Assembly: GCA_963847445.1 (NCBI GenBank)
Contig: CAWJZV010000026.1
Coordinates: 1 to 64,000 of the forward strand
DNA length: 64,000 nucleotides
Reading direction: 5' to 3'
Source of the DNA: an uncultured delta proteobacterium
GTDB taxonomy: Bacteria > Desulfobacterota > Binatia > UBA9968
Part shown: positions 62,973 to 64,000 of the stretch, one piece after another
How positions within the stretch are numbered: position 1 is the first letter of the stretch
Layout of the letters: each line of letters begins with the position of its first letter
Notes under the pieces: generated by a model
The model's database searches: none
What the model was told of the DNA's origin: nothing
Seen by the model: the letters and a program-made list of their open reading frames with translations, nothing else
Made by a program: the position numbers and the translations under genes

Positions 62973-64000
62973 TCATCCTATCTGCTTGATGACGCACAAC
63001 GTATTCCGCCCGGTCCACATCGGCAGAAACACCGAGTGGCGGTGCTTGCCGCCGATGACGATCACCATGATGTCCTCGGCCTTGGTGGATAGATGAACCA
63101 CGCCGTCGGGCGTCATGTTGATCGATTCGCGCATTAACTCGTCGTCGGACTTATGGCCTTTGCGGCGCGCGGGAATCTCCGAGAATTTCAACGACGCATG
63201 CTCCCAGAGATAATCCTTGACCTGCTTCTTGGTGATGCCGTCGCGCGCCATGATCTCGGCGTCTTCGATGCCGAGGGCGATCAGCGGCGTGCCGCCGCCG
63301 AAACTGCCGACATCGAGATGGCTCACGCCATGGTGCATCCTGATCACTTCTGCCAACGAAGACAGCGCCTGCTCGCCGCGATTGCCGGCGGTGTGGATCG
63401 GCAGAAAGCCATTGATGCCAAAAACCGTCACGGCGCTATCGTCCGGCTTGAAACCGAATTCGACGTGATAGGGTTCCCAGGGACTTTTCTCCTGATTCTC
63501 GCCGAAGCACATCGTGTACTTACCCGGCCAGCCGAAGGTCGAACGGTCGGTGTCGCCGGGATAACCGCCGCCGACGGTGATCAAGATCAAGCGAATCGCC
63601 CGGCCGATGGTCGCGTTGGAGCGAAAGCCGGGACCGAACACGCCCGAGTCGCAGTTGACGTTTAGCGCCGTGCGAATCGGCCCGTTGAGTAAAAGCGCGG
63701 GGCCGACGTAACCGGTGGTCGCTTGCACGCCATAGAGATTGAAGCGCGGCTCGCAGATCGCTTCCACCGCGGCGATGATCACCGGCAAGTATTCCGGCAA
63801 GCAACCCGCCATGACCGCGTTGATGGCGATCTTCTCGATCGAACAGGGCGCCCACTTGGGCGGGATCGGGCCGATTACCTCCGCCGGATCCCGCGTCGTC
63901 GCCGCGAGCATCTTCTCGACCCGTTCCGCCGTCGGCGGCACGATGGGCAAGCCGTCGCTAAGCTTTTCCTTCAAGAACCAGTCGTTGACCGCTTCCCAGT
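62973..64000 (-). CDS. Conserved uncharacterised protein ('DGLPIVPPT...AVMAGC.PEY...NATIGRA' family); start lies beyond the window
   Basis: Long ORF with motifs DGLPIVPPT, EKIAINAVMAGCLPEY, QATT, NGPIR, GPGFRSNATIGRAIRL, FGENQE.SPW. Confidence 0.8.
   Translation of the reverse strand, partial: WEAVNDWFLKEKLSDGLPIVPPTAERVEKMLAATTRDPAEVIGPIPPKWAPCSIEKIAINAVMAGCLPEYLPVIIAAVEAICEPRFNLYGVQATTGYVGPALLLNGPIRTALNVNCDSGVFGPGFRSNATIGRAIRLILITVGGGYPGDTDRSTFGWPGKYTMCFGENQEKSPWEPYHVEFGFKPDDSAVTVFGINGFLPIHTAGNRGEQALSSLAEVIRMHHGVSHLDVGSFGGGTPLIALGIEDAEIMARDGITKKQVKDYLWEHASLKFSEIPARRKGHKSDDELMRESINMTPDGVVHLSTKAEDIMVIVIGGKHRHSVFLPMWTGRNTLCVIKQIG

Overview
GC-rich bacterial chromosomal segment, densely coding, with no rRNA, tRNA, CRISPR array or intact mobile element that I can see. 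The gene content (many orphan substrate-binding proteins, amidohydrolases, class III CoA-transferases, a lineage-typical 'FQPDTL' hypothetical) resembles Candidatus Binatia/Binatota-type Deltaproteobacteria, which is an inference only. Many genes carry single-base frameshifts, most likely long-read indel errors, so several CDS boundaries were rebuilt across frames. Main blocks: (1) amidohydrolase, then a TetR + hypothetical + RND efflux operon (1-8.3 kb); (2) M1 aminopeptidase, MFS, ybbP-ybbA/tesA, ABM monooxygenase and double-hotdog dehydratase (8.5-18.8 kb); (3) the best candidate for an undescribed system, a divergently transcribed cluster (19.0-33.2 kb) with an ABC importer, an E1-alpha/beta ThDP enzyme with no E2/E3 in the window and altered catalytic-His motifs, three paralogous alpha/beta-hydrolase-fold proteins all with Ala at the nucleophile position, a heme-oxygenase-like diiron enzyme and a MetE-like Zn enzyme; (4) three tandem TAXI receptors with one fused TRAP permease; (5) a region of gene remnants with a DUF5678-aspartyl protease fusion (38.8-42.5 kb); (6) a run of orphan binding proteins with NnrS and GNATs; (7) a hydroxycinnamoyl-CoA hydratase/lyase cluster with acyl-CoA dehydrogenase and a CoA-transferase pair (55-64 kb). 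Most intergenic gaps hold one of at least six palindromic or short-tandem repeat families, often nested, some running into protein termini, and there is a probable RAYT transposase remnant next to an orphan near-consensus promoter.
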